Shown one piece after another: positions 18,517 through 26,686 of a stretch of DNA of 50,301 nucleotides. Where the stretch lies: contig JAYZQJ010000116.1 in assembly GCA_036149055.1 (NCBI GenBank), forward strand, positions 1-50,301, written 5' to 3'. This stretch comes from Myxococcota bacterium. GTDB lineage: Bacteria; Myxococcota_A; Polyangia; Polyangiales; Sandaracinaceae. The translations under genes and the position numbers were made by a program. The notes below the pieces were generated by a model. It searched no databases. It was given only the letters and a program-made list of their open reading frames with translations, and was not told the DNA's origin. Within the stretch, counting starts at the first letter, position 1; each line of letters opens with the position of its first letter.

Positions 18517-19611
18517 CTACTTCACGCGCTCGGGCCGGCCCCAGAAGTAGCCCTGGCCGAGCTGGCAGCCGATCTCGGCGCAGACCTGGGCCTCCTCGGG
18601 GCGCTCGATCCCCTCGGCGAGGACCTCCACGTCCATGTCGCGCATCACCGCGACCAGCGCCTTGACCAGCTCGCGCCGCTTGGCGTGCCGGTCGATGTCG
18701 CGCACGAGCGCCATGTCGAGCTTGATGATGTCGGGCGGCACGTCCACCAGCTCCATCAGCCGCGACTGGCCGGCGCCGAAGTCGTCGTACGCGAGGCCGA
18801 TGCCGAGGGAGCGCAGCTGGTTGCGGATGCGCGCCATCGCCTCGAGGTCGGTCACCGCCCCCTCGTGGATCTCGAGCACCGCCCGCTGATCGGGGCCCAT
18901 CCCGGCCGCCATCGCCCGGAAGCTGTCGGCGAGGTGCTCGGGCTCCTCCATCTCGAGGCGGTGCAGGTTGAAGAAGATGCGGGCGGGCCCCTGCGGCAGC
19001 TCCGCGAGCGACACCTCGCGCATCATGCGGGACAGCTGCGCGCCGAAGCCTCGCTCGCTCGCGATGCGCAGCATGTCGCCGACCCCGTAGGCGCCGCCGC
19101 GATCCGGGTCGATCCGGGCGAGGCTCTCGTAGCCGACCACCGCGCCGTCCCCGAGCCGGACGATCGGCTGGTAGACCGGGTAGAGCGCGCGCGCCGCCAG
19201 GATGCGGCCGAGGTCGTTCGACTCCCGGATGATCTGCTGCTGGCGGTCGTCGACGCTGGTGAGCGTGACCTCGGGCGCGCTCCGGGTGCGGCCGATGCCG
19301 AAGCGCAGCTCGGCGTGAGCGACGTGCAGGATGTCGCCCGGCTGCAGCGGGTGCTGGTCGACTCGTTCGCCGTTGACGAAGGTGCCGTTGGTGCTGCCCA
19401 GGTCGCGCACCAGGTAGCCCTCGCCGGCCGAGACGATCTCGGCGTGGAAGCTCGAGACCTGCTGCGAGTAGATCGTGTGGTCCGCCTCGGAGCTGCGGCC
19501 GATGGTGAACGGCAGCCGATGCACGACCACCCGCTGCGCGGGCTTCCCTCGCTCGGGGTAGTGCTCCAGATACGGACGCTTGCGGCGCCGCTCTCTGCGA
19601 TCGGTGACCAA
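18517..19611 (-). CDS. FHA domain + EAL domain protein (putative c-di-GMP phosphodiesterase)
   Basis: FHA motifs IGRS, VSSFHA and DLGSTNGTFVNG. EAL motifs YQPIV, YESLAR, LEIHE, DDFGAG, IKLD, AEGIE and GQGY. Confidence 0.93.
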   Translation of the reverse strand: MVTDRRERRRKRPYLEHYPERGKPAQRVVVHRLPFTIGRSSEADHTIYSQQVSSFHAEIVSAGEGYLVRDLGSTNGTFVNGERVDQHPLQPGDILHVAHAELRFGIGRTRSAPEVTLTSVDDRQQQIIRESNDLGRILAARALYPVYQPIVRLGDGAVVGYESLARIDPDRGGAYGVGDMLRIASERGFGAQLSRMMREVSLAELPQGPARIFFNLHRLEMEEPEHLADSFRAMAAGMGPDQRAVLEIHEGAVTDLEAMARIRNQLRSLGIGLAYDDFGAGQSRLMELVDVPPDIIKLDMALVRDIDRHAKRRELVKALVAVMRDMDVEVLAEGIERPEEAQVCAEIGCQLGQGYFWGRPERVK

Positions 19612-19677
19612 GACGCGGCCAGTCTACCGCCATCTCGCCCGGGCCGCGCCCCGCGTTATGGTGAGGGGCTCCCCGCC

Positions 19678-22600
19678 ATGATGCACCTGACCTACAGCAA
19701 CCGGACCGAGGCGCTGCTCGACGCGCTGGTGCGGCGGCTCGACGCGCGCCGCCGGGAGGGCGCCGACCCGCTCGAGCCCACCTGGATCGTGGTGCCGAAC
19801 CGGAACGTGGAGCGCTACGTCGAGCTGGGTGTGGCGACGCGCCTCGGGGTCGCGGCCAACCTGCGCTTCGAGCGCCTCGCCGGCTTCGTGCAGGGCTGGC
19901 TCGGCGACTCGCTGCTCCTCGGCGACGCGTTCCTGGCCCGGGTGCTGCGCGGCCTGCTCGACGCGCCGCTGCTCGAGGACCCGGCGATGGCCCCGGTCCG
20001 CCGCTACCTCGCCGGCGCGGGGGACGCGCCCGACGCGATCGATCTCCGGCGCGCGCAGCTCGCGCTCCACGTCGCCCACCTCTTCGAGGAGTACGGCTTC
20101 TCGCGCCCGGAGCTGCTGGCCGCGTGGACGGCGGACGAGGCGCGCTTCGTCGGCACCGCGCACGAGGCCGCCGAGGGCTGGCAGCGGGCGCTGTTCCGCT
20201 TCGCGCGGGCGCACCCGGCGAGCGAGGGCATGCGCACCCTCGACGAGGCGCTGTCGTCGGCCGGCCCGCCGCCCGCGCCCGAGGTGCAGGTCTTCGGGCT
20301 CTCCTACGTGGCCCGCATCTTCTCGCGCCTCTTCGCCGAGCTGTCGCAGCGCTGCGACCTCCAGCTCTACGCGCTCAACCCCTGCGAGGAGTTCTGGGAG
20401 GACCTCGAGACCGAAGGCGAGCTGCGGCGGCGGCGCAAGCGGACGAGCGGCGCCGAGCCGGACTGGCTCTTCGAGGACGAGGACCCCTTCCAGCTCTCGG
20501 TCGACACCGAGACCCCGCTGCTCCGGCTCTGGGGCCGGCCGGGGCGCGAGCACGTGCGGCTGCTCGACGCGCTGACCGAGTGCGACTTCACGCCGGCCTT
20601 CGTCGACCCGCTCCGCGCGCGCGCCAGCCAAGACGACGCCCTGCCTCTCTTCCGCGGGCTGCACGAGCCGACCTTGCTCGAGCACCTCCAGCACGACGTG
20701 CTCTCCCGGGCCCCCCGCCGCGAGCGCCCGGCGCGCGACCTCAAGGACGACAGCGTGCAGGTCTTCGCCTGCCCGAGCGTGCGGCGCGAGGTCGAGACGG
20801 TGGCGGCGGAGATCTGGTCGCTCGTCGAGCGCACGCCCGACCTGACCTTCGATCGGATCGCGGTGCTGGTGAACGGGCCGGATCGCGACCTCTACCTCCC
20901 GCACATCGCGGCGGTGTTCGAGGAGGCGCACCGCATCCCCTTCAACGTCACCGATCTCTCGCTCTCCTCGGTCAGCCCGCTGCTCGAGGGCGCGCTCCGG
21001 CTGGTGGACCTGCCGATGTCCCGCTTCACCCGCCCCGACGTGCTCGGCGTGGTCACCCACCCCGCCGTCCGCGCGCGCGCGCCCGAGATCGACGCGCATC
21101 ACTGGGTGGAGCTGGTGGACCGCCTCGGCATCTTCCACGGGCTCGACCGCGAGGCGCACGCCGGCACCTACGTGGAGGGCGACGACCTCCTCTCGTGGGA
21201 GCAGGGCGTGACCCGGATCGCGCTCGGCGCGTTCATGAGCGGCGCGCGGAGCGGCGACGGACGCTTCGTGTCGGTGGCGGGCGGTCGCTACCTCCCGGAG
21301 GAGCCGGCGCTGGGAGATCGCGGCGACGCGCGGCTCGCGCTCCTGCTGCGCTCGCTGATGAGCGACGTGCGCTTCGCCCGCGAGGCGGAGCTGAGCCTGA
21401 GCGAGTGGTCGCGCTTCCTCGGCGAGCTGCTCTCCGCCTACCTCACGCCCACCGACGAGCGCGAGGAGACGGCGCTGCGGCGAGCCCTGAGCGCGGTGCA
21501 GGCCCTGAGCGGGCTCGACCTCGACGGCGCGAAGGTGCGCTACCCGGTCGCGCACGAGCTGGCGATCGGCCGGCTCGAGGAGCTCGGCGGCGGGCGCGGG
21601 CAGCACCTCGCCGACGGCGTGGTCGTCTCGTCGCTCATGCCGATGCGCGCGATCCCCTTCCGCGCGATCTTCGTGCTCGGGCTCGGCGAGGGTCGCTTCC
21701 CCGCGTCGGACCGGCGCGACTCGATGGATCTGCGCGCGGCGCGGCGACAGGCCGGCGACGTGACCCCGCCCGAGCGCGACCGCTACACGTTCCTGGAGAC
21801 CCTGCTCTGCGCGCGCGAGCGGCTCTACCTCTCCTACGTCGCGCGCGACGAGCACACCGGCGACGCGCTGAGCCCGTCGACCGTGGTGGAGGAGCTGCTC
21901 GACGTGATCGACGCGGGCTACCTCGAGGGCGCGCGCGGTCGCATCGTCTCGAAGCCGGCGCTCAAGCGACACGAGGCCGAGGGCCTCGCGCGGGTGCTGC
22001 CTCAGGCCGGCGCCGAGCACCGGGCGCGCCAGCTGGGTCACGCGCTTCAGCGCAGCCTGAGTGAGGACGGTCGCGCCGAGGCGCTCGGGGCGGCCGGCGT
22101 CTCGGAGGCCACCCGGCGCGTGGTGCGCGATCCCGCCCTCTCGCGTCTGCTCGGCCTCGCGTCGATCCCGGAGCGGCGCCGCTCGGAGCGGGGCGCGCGC
22201 ACGCTGCGGCTGTCGCTCTCGGCCCTCCGGAAGTTCTTGGAGTGCCCGCTCCAGGGCTGGACCCGCGCGGTGCTGCGGCTCGAGGAGGACGAGCTGCACG
22301 CGGGCGAGGCCTCCGCCGACGAGCCGTTCGCGCCGTCGATGCTGGACGCGACGATGACCCTGCGCGGCGCGTTCGTGGACGCGGCGCTCGGGCGGGCGTC
22401 GATGCGCGACGCCTACGCCGCCCGGATCGCCGAGCAGCAGGCGCACGGGCGCTGGCCCCTCGGCGCCATCGCGCACGTGGAGGCGGCGCGGCACTTCGAG
22501 GTGCTCGACCGGTGGCAGGCGGCGTGGGACGCGTTGGGCCCGGCCGAGGAGATCGCGCGCCTCCGCTTCGGCGCAGCCCAGGCGGCCGAGGCGAGCGAGC

Positions 22601-23214
22601 GCATCGCCGATCCCATCGTGCTGACCTTCGACGACGATCCGCGCGAGCGCGGCAGCGGCCGGCCGCTTCGGGTGGAGCTGGTGGGGCGCACCGAGCTGCT
22701 CCGGCTCGGCGCGGCGCGCGCGTCGGTCACCCCGCTGCTGCGGCGCGTCCCGGGCCAGCGCGGGCAGGTCAACGAGCTGCGCTACGCGCTCCGCGCCTTC
22801 TTCGACCACGCCGCCCTCAGCGCGAGCGGCGCGCCTCCCGCGCGTCACGTGGCCGCGCAGCTCTACGGCGACCAGGACGGCGCCGGCCCGGTCGAGATCG
22901 GCTTCCGCGCGCTCGAGGCGACCGAGGCGCACGCATGGCTGAAGGGCCTGGTGCGCGAGATGCTCGGACGATCGCACGCCTACTTGATGCCCATCGAGGC
23001 GGTGCTGCGGCTCGCCGACCGCGTCGACGACGTGCGCGGCGAGGCGCTGGTCGAGTCGGTGGTCTACGTCGCCGAGCGCTGGAGCGGCGGACAGTCCCGC
23101 TACGGCCCGGTGCGCGACGCGCTGGCCCACGCGCCTCCTCCGCCCGGCGAGGCCGAGGACTTCCTCGAGCGCCGCTTCGCCTTCCCGCTCCGCAGCCGGG
23201 AGGGCGCGCGATGA
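19678..23214 (+). CDS. recC: Exodeoxyribonuclease V gamma subunit RecC
   Basis: 1178 aa. YSNRTEAL, IVVPN, NPCEEFW, PLLRLWGRPGRE, CPSVRREVE, PMRAIPFRAIFVLGL and DRYTFLETLLCARERLYLSY motifs. Confidence 0.93.
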   Translation: MMHLTYSNRTEALLDALVRRLDARRREGADPLEPTWIVVPNRNVERYVELGVATRLGVAANLRFERLAGFVQGWLGDSLLLGDAFLARVLRGLLDAPLLEDPAMAPVRRYLAGAGDAPDAIDLRRAQLALHVAHLFEEYGFSRPELLAAWTADEARFVGTAHEAAEGWQRALFRFARAHPASEGMRTLDEALSSAGPPPAPEVQVFGLSYVARIFSRLFAELSQRCDLQLYALNPCEEFWEDLETEGELRRRRKRTSGAEPDWLFEDEDPFQLSVDTETPLLRLWGRPGREHVRLLDALTECDFTPAFVDPLRARASQDDALPLFRGLHEPTLLEHLQHDVLSRAPRRERPARDLKDDSVQVFACPSVRREVETVAAEIWSLVERTPDLTFDRIAVLVNGPDRDLYLPHIAAVFEEAHRIPFNVTDLSLSSVSPLLEGALRLVDLPMSRFTRPDVLGVVTHPAVRARAPEIDAHHWVELVDRLGIFHGLDREAHAGTYVEGDDLLSWEQGVTRIALGAFMSGARSGDGRFVSVAGGRYLPEEPALGDRGDARLALLLRSLMSDVRFAREAELSLSEWSRFLGELLSAYLTPTDEREETALRRALSAVQALSGLDLDGAKVRYPVAHELAIGRLEELGGGRGQHLADGVVVSSLMPMRAIPFRAIFVLGLGEGRFPASDRRDSMDLRAARRQAGDVTPPERDRYTFLETLLCARERLYLSYVARDEHTGDALSPSTVVEELLDVIDAGYLEGARGRIVSKPALKRHEAEGLARVLPQAGAEHRARQLGHALQRSLSEDGRAEALGAAGVSEATRRVVRDPALSRLLGLASIPERRRSERGARTLRLSLSALRKFLECPLQGWTRAVLRLEEDELHAGEASADEPFAPSMLDATMTLRGAFVDAALGRASMRDAYAARIAEQQAHGRWPLGAIAHVEAARHFEVLDRWQAAWDALGPAEEIARLRFGAAQAAEASERIADPIVLTFDDDPRERGSGRPLRVELVGRTELLRLGAARASVTPLLRRVPGQRGQVNELRYALRAFFDHAALSASGAPPARHVAAQLYGDQDGAGPVEIGFRALEATEAHAWLKGLVREMLGRSHAYLMPIEAVLRLADRVDDVRGEALVESVVYVAERWSGGQSRYGPVRDALAHAPPPPGEAEDFLERRFAFPLRSREGAR

Positions 23215-25199
23215 CCCTCGGCTGGCGAGCGCACGGCGCGGCCCGGATCCGCGCGGGCTTCGGCCCCGATCCCCGGCTGCCGGGGGAGCTGCCCGAGCTC
23301 GTCCGGGAGCAGCTCGGCCGCTCGGAGATCGAGGAGGAGGACGCGCACCTCGCCTGGGAGCTCGCCCGGCTCGCGCCCCTCGACGACCCGGACGATCACC
23401 TCGCGCTCCTGTCGATCCTGCTCGTCGCGCTCGAGGCGCTCGGGCGGGGCTCGACCCGGGTCGCGCTCGCGAGCGTGGCGCCGCGGGCCCGCGCGCTGAT
23501 GGCCGCCGACCCCGCCCTGCTCGCCCAGGTCGAGGCGATGCTCGACGATCCGCCGGAGCTCTTCGGCCCGCCCGAGGCGCGCCGGCCGCTGGTGATCGAG
23601 GACGGCCACCTCTACCTGGAGCGGGTGCGCGCGGTGGAGGCCCGGCTCGCGGAGCGCATCGGCGCGCGCGGGCGCCTCACGCTGACGTCGCTCGACGGCG
23701 ACGCTGCCTTGAACCATCTGCGCGAGCGCCCGGCGCATGGCCCCCGCGGACCGATGCGGCTCACCGACGAGCAGGAGGAGGCGGTGGTCACCGCGCTCCG
23801 CGCGCCGCTGTCGGTCATCAGCGGCGGGCCGGGCACCGGGAAGACCTCGATCGTGGTCGCGATCCTCCGGGCCGCGCTCGCCCAGCTCGATCTCGACCCG
23901 AGCGCGATCGCCCTCGCCGCGCCCACCGGCAAGGCGGCCGATCGCATGCGCCGCGCGATCGAGGGCGGCCTGCGCGCGGTCGCCGAGCCGAGCCCCACCG
24001 ACGGCGCGCTCCTCGAGGCGCTGCCCGAGCCGCGCACCCTGCACCGCCTCCTCGGCTGGTCGCCCGCGCGCGGCGCCTTCCGCCACCACGTCGGCAACCC
24101 GCTGAGCGAGCGCCTGGTGGTGATCGACGAGTCGTCGATGATCGACGTCTTCCTGATGGAGCGCCTCGTCGAGTCGCTGCACCCCGAGGCGCGCCTCGTC
24201 CTCCTCGGCGATGCCGAGCAGCTGCCCAGCGTCGCGGCCGGCGCCGTCTTCCGCGACCTCGGCGCCGCGCCCGGCGTCGCCTCGGTGCATCTCCGCCAGA
24301 GCCACCGCATGGACCCGACCCAGCCCGCGGGCTTCAACGTGCTCGCGGTCGCGGGCGCGCTCAACGCCGGCCGGGTGCCGCCCACCGCGCCGCTCGCGGA
24401 CGACCTGCCCGCGCAGCCCGACGCGCTCGGCCGCCTCGACGCGCTCCCGCCCCGGCTCGAGGCGCTCGGCGGCGTCTTCCTCTTCGAGCCGACCGCGCCG
24501 ATCGACCGCGAGCGCTTCCTCGACCGCTGGTACGACGAGCGCGTGCGCGGCCCCGCCGAGATCCGCCGCCTCGCCTCCCGCACCTGGGCGCACGACGGCG
24601 GCCGGCTGCTCGACCCCGAGGGCCTCGAGGCGCTCTTCGGCTTCATGGAGCGCGCCCGCCTCCTCTGCGTGACCCGCTCCGCCGCCCGCCCGACCGGCGT
24701 CGACGCGATCAACGAGAGCCTGCACCGCCGCTTCACCGAGGACGCGCGCGCCTCGGTCGGCGCCTCGCTGCTCCTCGCCGGCGAGCCCATCCTCGTGCAC
24801 CGCAACGACTACGAGCGCGGCCTCTTCAACGGCGACCAGGGCCTCGTGCTCTTCGCCGCCGAAGAGGGCGAGCCCCCGCGCCCGGCCGCCGTCTTCCGCC
24901 GCGAGGACGGCTTCGTCGCCCACCCCATCGAGGCGGTCCGCGGCGCCATCGACCTCGGCTACGCCACCACCGTGCACAAGGCCCAGGGCAGCGAGCACGA
25001 CGCCGTCGCCCTCCTCCTCCCCGACACCGACAGCCCGCGCCTCCTCACCCGCGAGATCGTCTACACCGCCGTCACCCGCGCCCGCCGCTCCGTCCTCGTC
25101 GTCGGCACCAAGGAGCTCCTCGAGCGCGCCGCCGCCCGCCGCATCGAGCGCTCCTCCGGCATCGCCGAGCGCCTGACGGCCGCACCGACGGACCCGTAA
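23211..25199 (+). CDS. recD: Exodeoxyribonuclease V alpha subunit RecD
   Basis: 662 aa. GGPGTGKT, AAPTGKAA, TLHRLLG, IDESSM, GDAEQLPSV, FNGDQG, YATTVHKAQGSE and YTAVTRAR SF1 motifs. ATGA-coupled to recC. Confidence 0.95.
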   Translation: MTLGWRAHGAARIRAGFGPDPRLPGELPELVREQLGRSEIEEEDAHLAWELARLAPLDDPDDHLALLSILLVALEALGRGSTRVALASVAPRARALMAADPALLAQVEAMLDDPPELFGPPEARRPLVIEDGHLYLERVRAVEARLAERIGARGRLTLTSLDGDAALNHLRERPAHGPRGPMRLTDEQEEAVVTALRAPLSVISGGPGTGKTSIVVAILRAALAQLDLDPSAIALAAPTGKAADRMRRAIEGGLRAVAEPSPTDGALLEALPEPRTLHRLLGWSPARGAFRHHVGNPLSERLVVIDESSMIDVFLMERLVESLHPEARLVLLGDAEQLPSVAAGAVFRDLGAAPGVASVHLRQSHRMDPTQPAGFNVLAVAGALNAGRVPPTAPLADDLPAQPDALGRLDALPPRLEALGGVFLFEPTAPIDRERFLDRWYDERVRGPAEIRRLASRTWAHDGGRLLDPEGLEALFGFMERARLLCVTRSAARPTGVDAINESLHRRFTEDARASVGASLLLAGEPILVHRNDYERGLFNGDQGLVLFAAEEGEPPRPAAVFRREDGFVAHPIEAVRGAIDLGYATTVHKAQGSEHDAVALLLPDTDSPRLLTREIVYTAVTRARRSVLVVGTKELLERAAARRIERSSGIAERLTAAPTDP

Positions 25200-25220
25200 C
25201 TGTCCCGGGTGCGCCATCGC

Positions 25221-25249
25221 CGAAAGACGATATGACGACGAGCGTCCCC
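25221..25249 (+). repeat. Cassette-boundary repeat, inverted 29-bp copy
   Basis: cgaaagacgatatgacgacgagcgtcccc is the exact reverse complement of 25683-25711 and 26113-26141. Confidence 0.95.
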
Positions 25250-25266
25250 GTCCGGGCGCGCCCCCA

Positions 25267-25647
25267 CTACTTCGCCAGCGCCGCCACGGCCTCGACCCGC
25301 GCCTCCGCCGGGAAGACCACCCGGAGCTCGCGGCCGTCCGCCAGACGCCAGGTGTCGACGGCCTCCGCGAGGATCAGCAGATAGGTTCGACACTCCTCGG
25401 GTGGGAGCGGCGGCAGCTCGGCATGCACCAGCACCAGATTCCGTGTCTCGAGCCAGCTCGAGTCTCGAAGACAATCGGACAGGGCATCCCAGTTGAAGCC
25501 GAAGTAGCCCGGGAGCCGCAACTGCTTCGAGAGCGCCTGCAGCAACTCCGACTTGCTCGCGAGCTCCGTCGGGAGCCGAGCGACGTGGGCGTCCGTCGCT
25601 GCGACGACCTCCTCGTCCGTGAATTCGAACGGCAACTCTCGAGTCAT
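25267..25647 (-). CDS. Barstar family (ribonuclease inhibitor / immunity) protein
   Basis: LSKQLRLPGYFGFNWDALSDCLRD matches the barstar signature (P.Y.G.NWDAL.D.L). GGAG RBS before ATG 25647. Confidence 0.9.
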   Translation of the reverse strand: MTRELPFEFTDEEVVAATDAHVARLPTELASKSELLQALSKQLRLPGYFGFNWDALSDCLRDSSWLETRNLVLVHAELPPLPPEECRTYLLILAEAVDTWRLADGRELRVVFPAEARVEAVAALAK

Positions 25648-25675
25648 CCCGCGCTCCACGGCAACTCTCCGCCCC

Positions 25676-25711
25676 GACAACTGGGGACGCTCGTCGTCAT
25701 ATCGTCTTTCG
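25676..25711 (-). repeat. Cassette-boundary repeat, 36-bp copy A
   Basis: gacaactggggacgctcgtcgtcatatcgtctttcg, identical to 26106-26141. Confidence 0.97.
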
Positions 25712-25723
25712 TCCCCCTGGGAA

Positions 25724-26074
25724 TCAGAACGTCTGGTGTGGCTGCGAGCACTCCGGGGTGAATACCTCATCCATGTCGACTTCTCTGGGTGGATCGATTT
25801 CCTCGAGACGGGAGTGGACCTCCGCACCGTCGAGAGACTCGGCCCGGATCATGTCGAGGGAGAGCAACTCCTCGAGTCGCCACCGCACGAGCTGCCCCGC
25901 CCCGTTCCTGTACTCCTCTTCCTGTGCACGCCCCACTTCGAGGGCCCTCTCGAAGGCGTCGTCGAAGTCAGTTGCTCGAAAGATGTGAACGGAGTCATTC
26001 GCCATCACGCATCCCTCCCCTTCCACCAAGCAGACCCGCCGCACGGTGGAACTGAACCAAGACCCCTCGGTCAT
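25724..26074 (-). CDS. DUF4288-like small protein
   Basis: 116 aa. The pattern W(F)..., IFRATDFDDAFERALEVG...YRNGAGQLVRWRL is typical of DUF4288. GGAG RBS. Confidence 0.75.
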   Translation of the reverse strand: MTEGSWFSSTVRRVCLVEGEGCVMANDSVHIFRATDFDDAFERALEVGRAQEEEYRNGAGQLVRWRLEELLSLDMIRAESLDGAEVHSRLEEIDPPREVDMDEVFTPECSQPHQTF

Positions 26075-26105
26075 CTGACGATCTCCCATCGGTAAAAAGC
26101 TTGCG

Positions 26106-26141
26106 GACAACTGGGGACGCTCGTCGTCATATCGTCTTTCG
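26106..26141 (-). repeat. Cassette-boundary repeat, 36-bp copy B
   Basis: Identical to 25676-25711; period 430 bp. Confidence 0.97.
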
Positions 26142-26151
26142 CCCTCGACGC

Positions 26152-26493
26152 TCAAGAGCCTTCCAGGAGCTCGAGCGAGGCGGCGATTCCCTTCAGCGGC
26201 TGGAAGTCCGTCTTCCACATGTCGAGCTCGAAGGGCTCCCCCGAACGATTCGCGTAGAGCGTCGCGATGACGGGGACTCCATCGGCGTCCTCGAACCGAG
26301 CCGCGGCCAGGACGCGCCCGAGCTGCCGGTCTCGGAGGGGAGGATCGGTGGGGTACAGGCGAAGCGATCCCATGCCGCCGTCGTCCATGTCCTCGACCCG
26401 GAGGCTCCGGACCCAACGCGCCGGCAGGGGCGAGCCGTCGGCCAGGAAGCTCAACAAGCGGAGCTCGTCCGCCGTCGGCTCACGCAGGGGCAC
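26152..26493 (-). CDS. DUF6984-like small protein (putative immunity-type)
   Basis: MDDGGMGSL...DADGVPVIATL...GEPFELDMWKTDFQPL motif recognised from memory. GTG start inferred. Confidence 0.7.
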   Translation of the reverse strand: MPLREPTADELRLLSFLADGSPLPARWVRSLRVEDMDDGGMGSLRLYPTDPPLRDRQLGRVLAAARFEDADGVPVIATLYANRSGEPFELDMWKTDFQPLKGIAASLELLEGS

Positions 26494-26498
26494 TTCGA

Positions 26499-26636
26499 CT
26501 ACGCGATCCAGTCGCCCGTGAGGCCGCCCGCCGTCGCGTAGATCTCGCCCGCGAGCAGCTCGTGCTTCAGGTTCGCCGTGCGCTCGAGCACGAGGTACTC
26601 GTGGTAGGTGAAGCGGCGTCGGGCGGGGACGTTCAT
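26499..26636 (-). pseudogene. Truncated Uma2-family (PD-(D/E)XK) endonuclease, N-terminal ~38 aa only
   Basis: RRFTYHEYLVLERTANLKHELLAGEIYATAGG matches the Uma2 N-terminus; the frame then stops after 7 unrelated codons. Confidence 0.8.
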
Positions 26637-26686
26637 CGCGACCCGAGCGTACCGTGGTCGCCCTCGCCCTGCTCTCCGGGTCTCGC

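Noticed and set aside
25683..25711. Tn3-type terminal inverted repeats or a hammerhead ribozyme
   Set aside because: The GGGG ends face inward with no target duplication or transposase, and the CUGANGA core is absent.
25221..26141. CRISPR array (36-nt identical repeats)
   Set aside because: The intervening sequences are about 400 bp and hold whole genes, one copy is inverted, and there are no cas genes.
25676..26141. Shared peptide ERRYDDERPQLS in ORFs 25267-25827 and 25724-26416 as a conserved leader
   Set aside because: It is the translated repeat inside over-extended ORF calls; better starts with an RBS lie downstream, and the extensions overlap upstream genes.
25197..26151. Canonical integron attC sites
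   Set aside because: No RYYYAAC...GTTRRRY pairing, identity extends past GTT, and there is no intI in the window.
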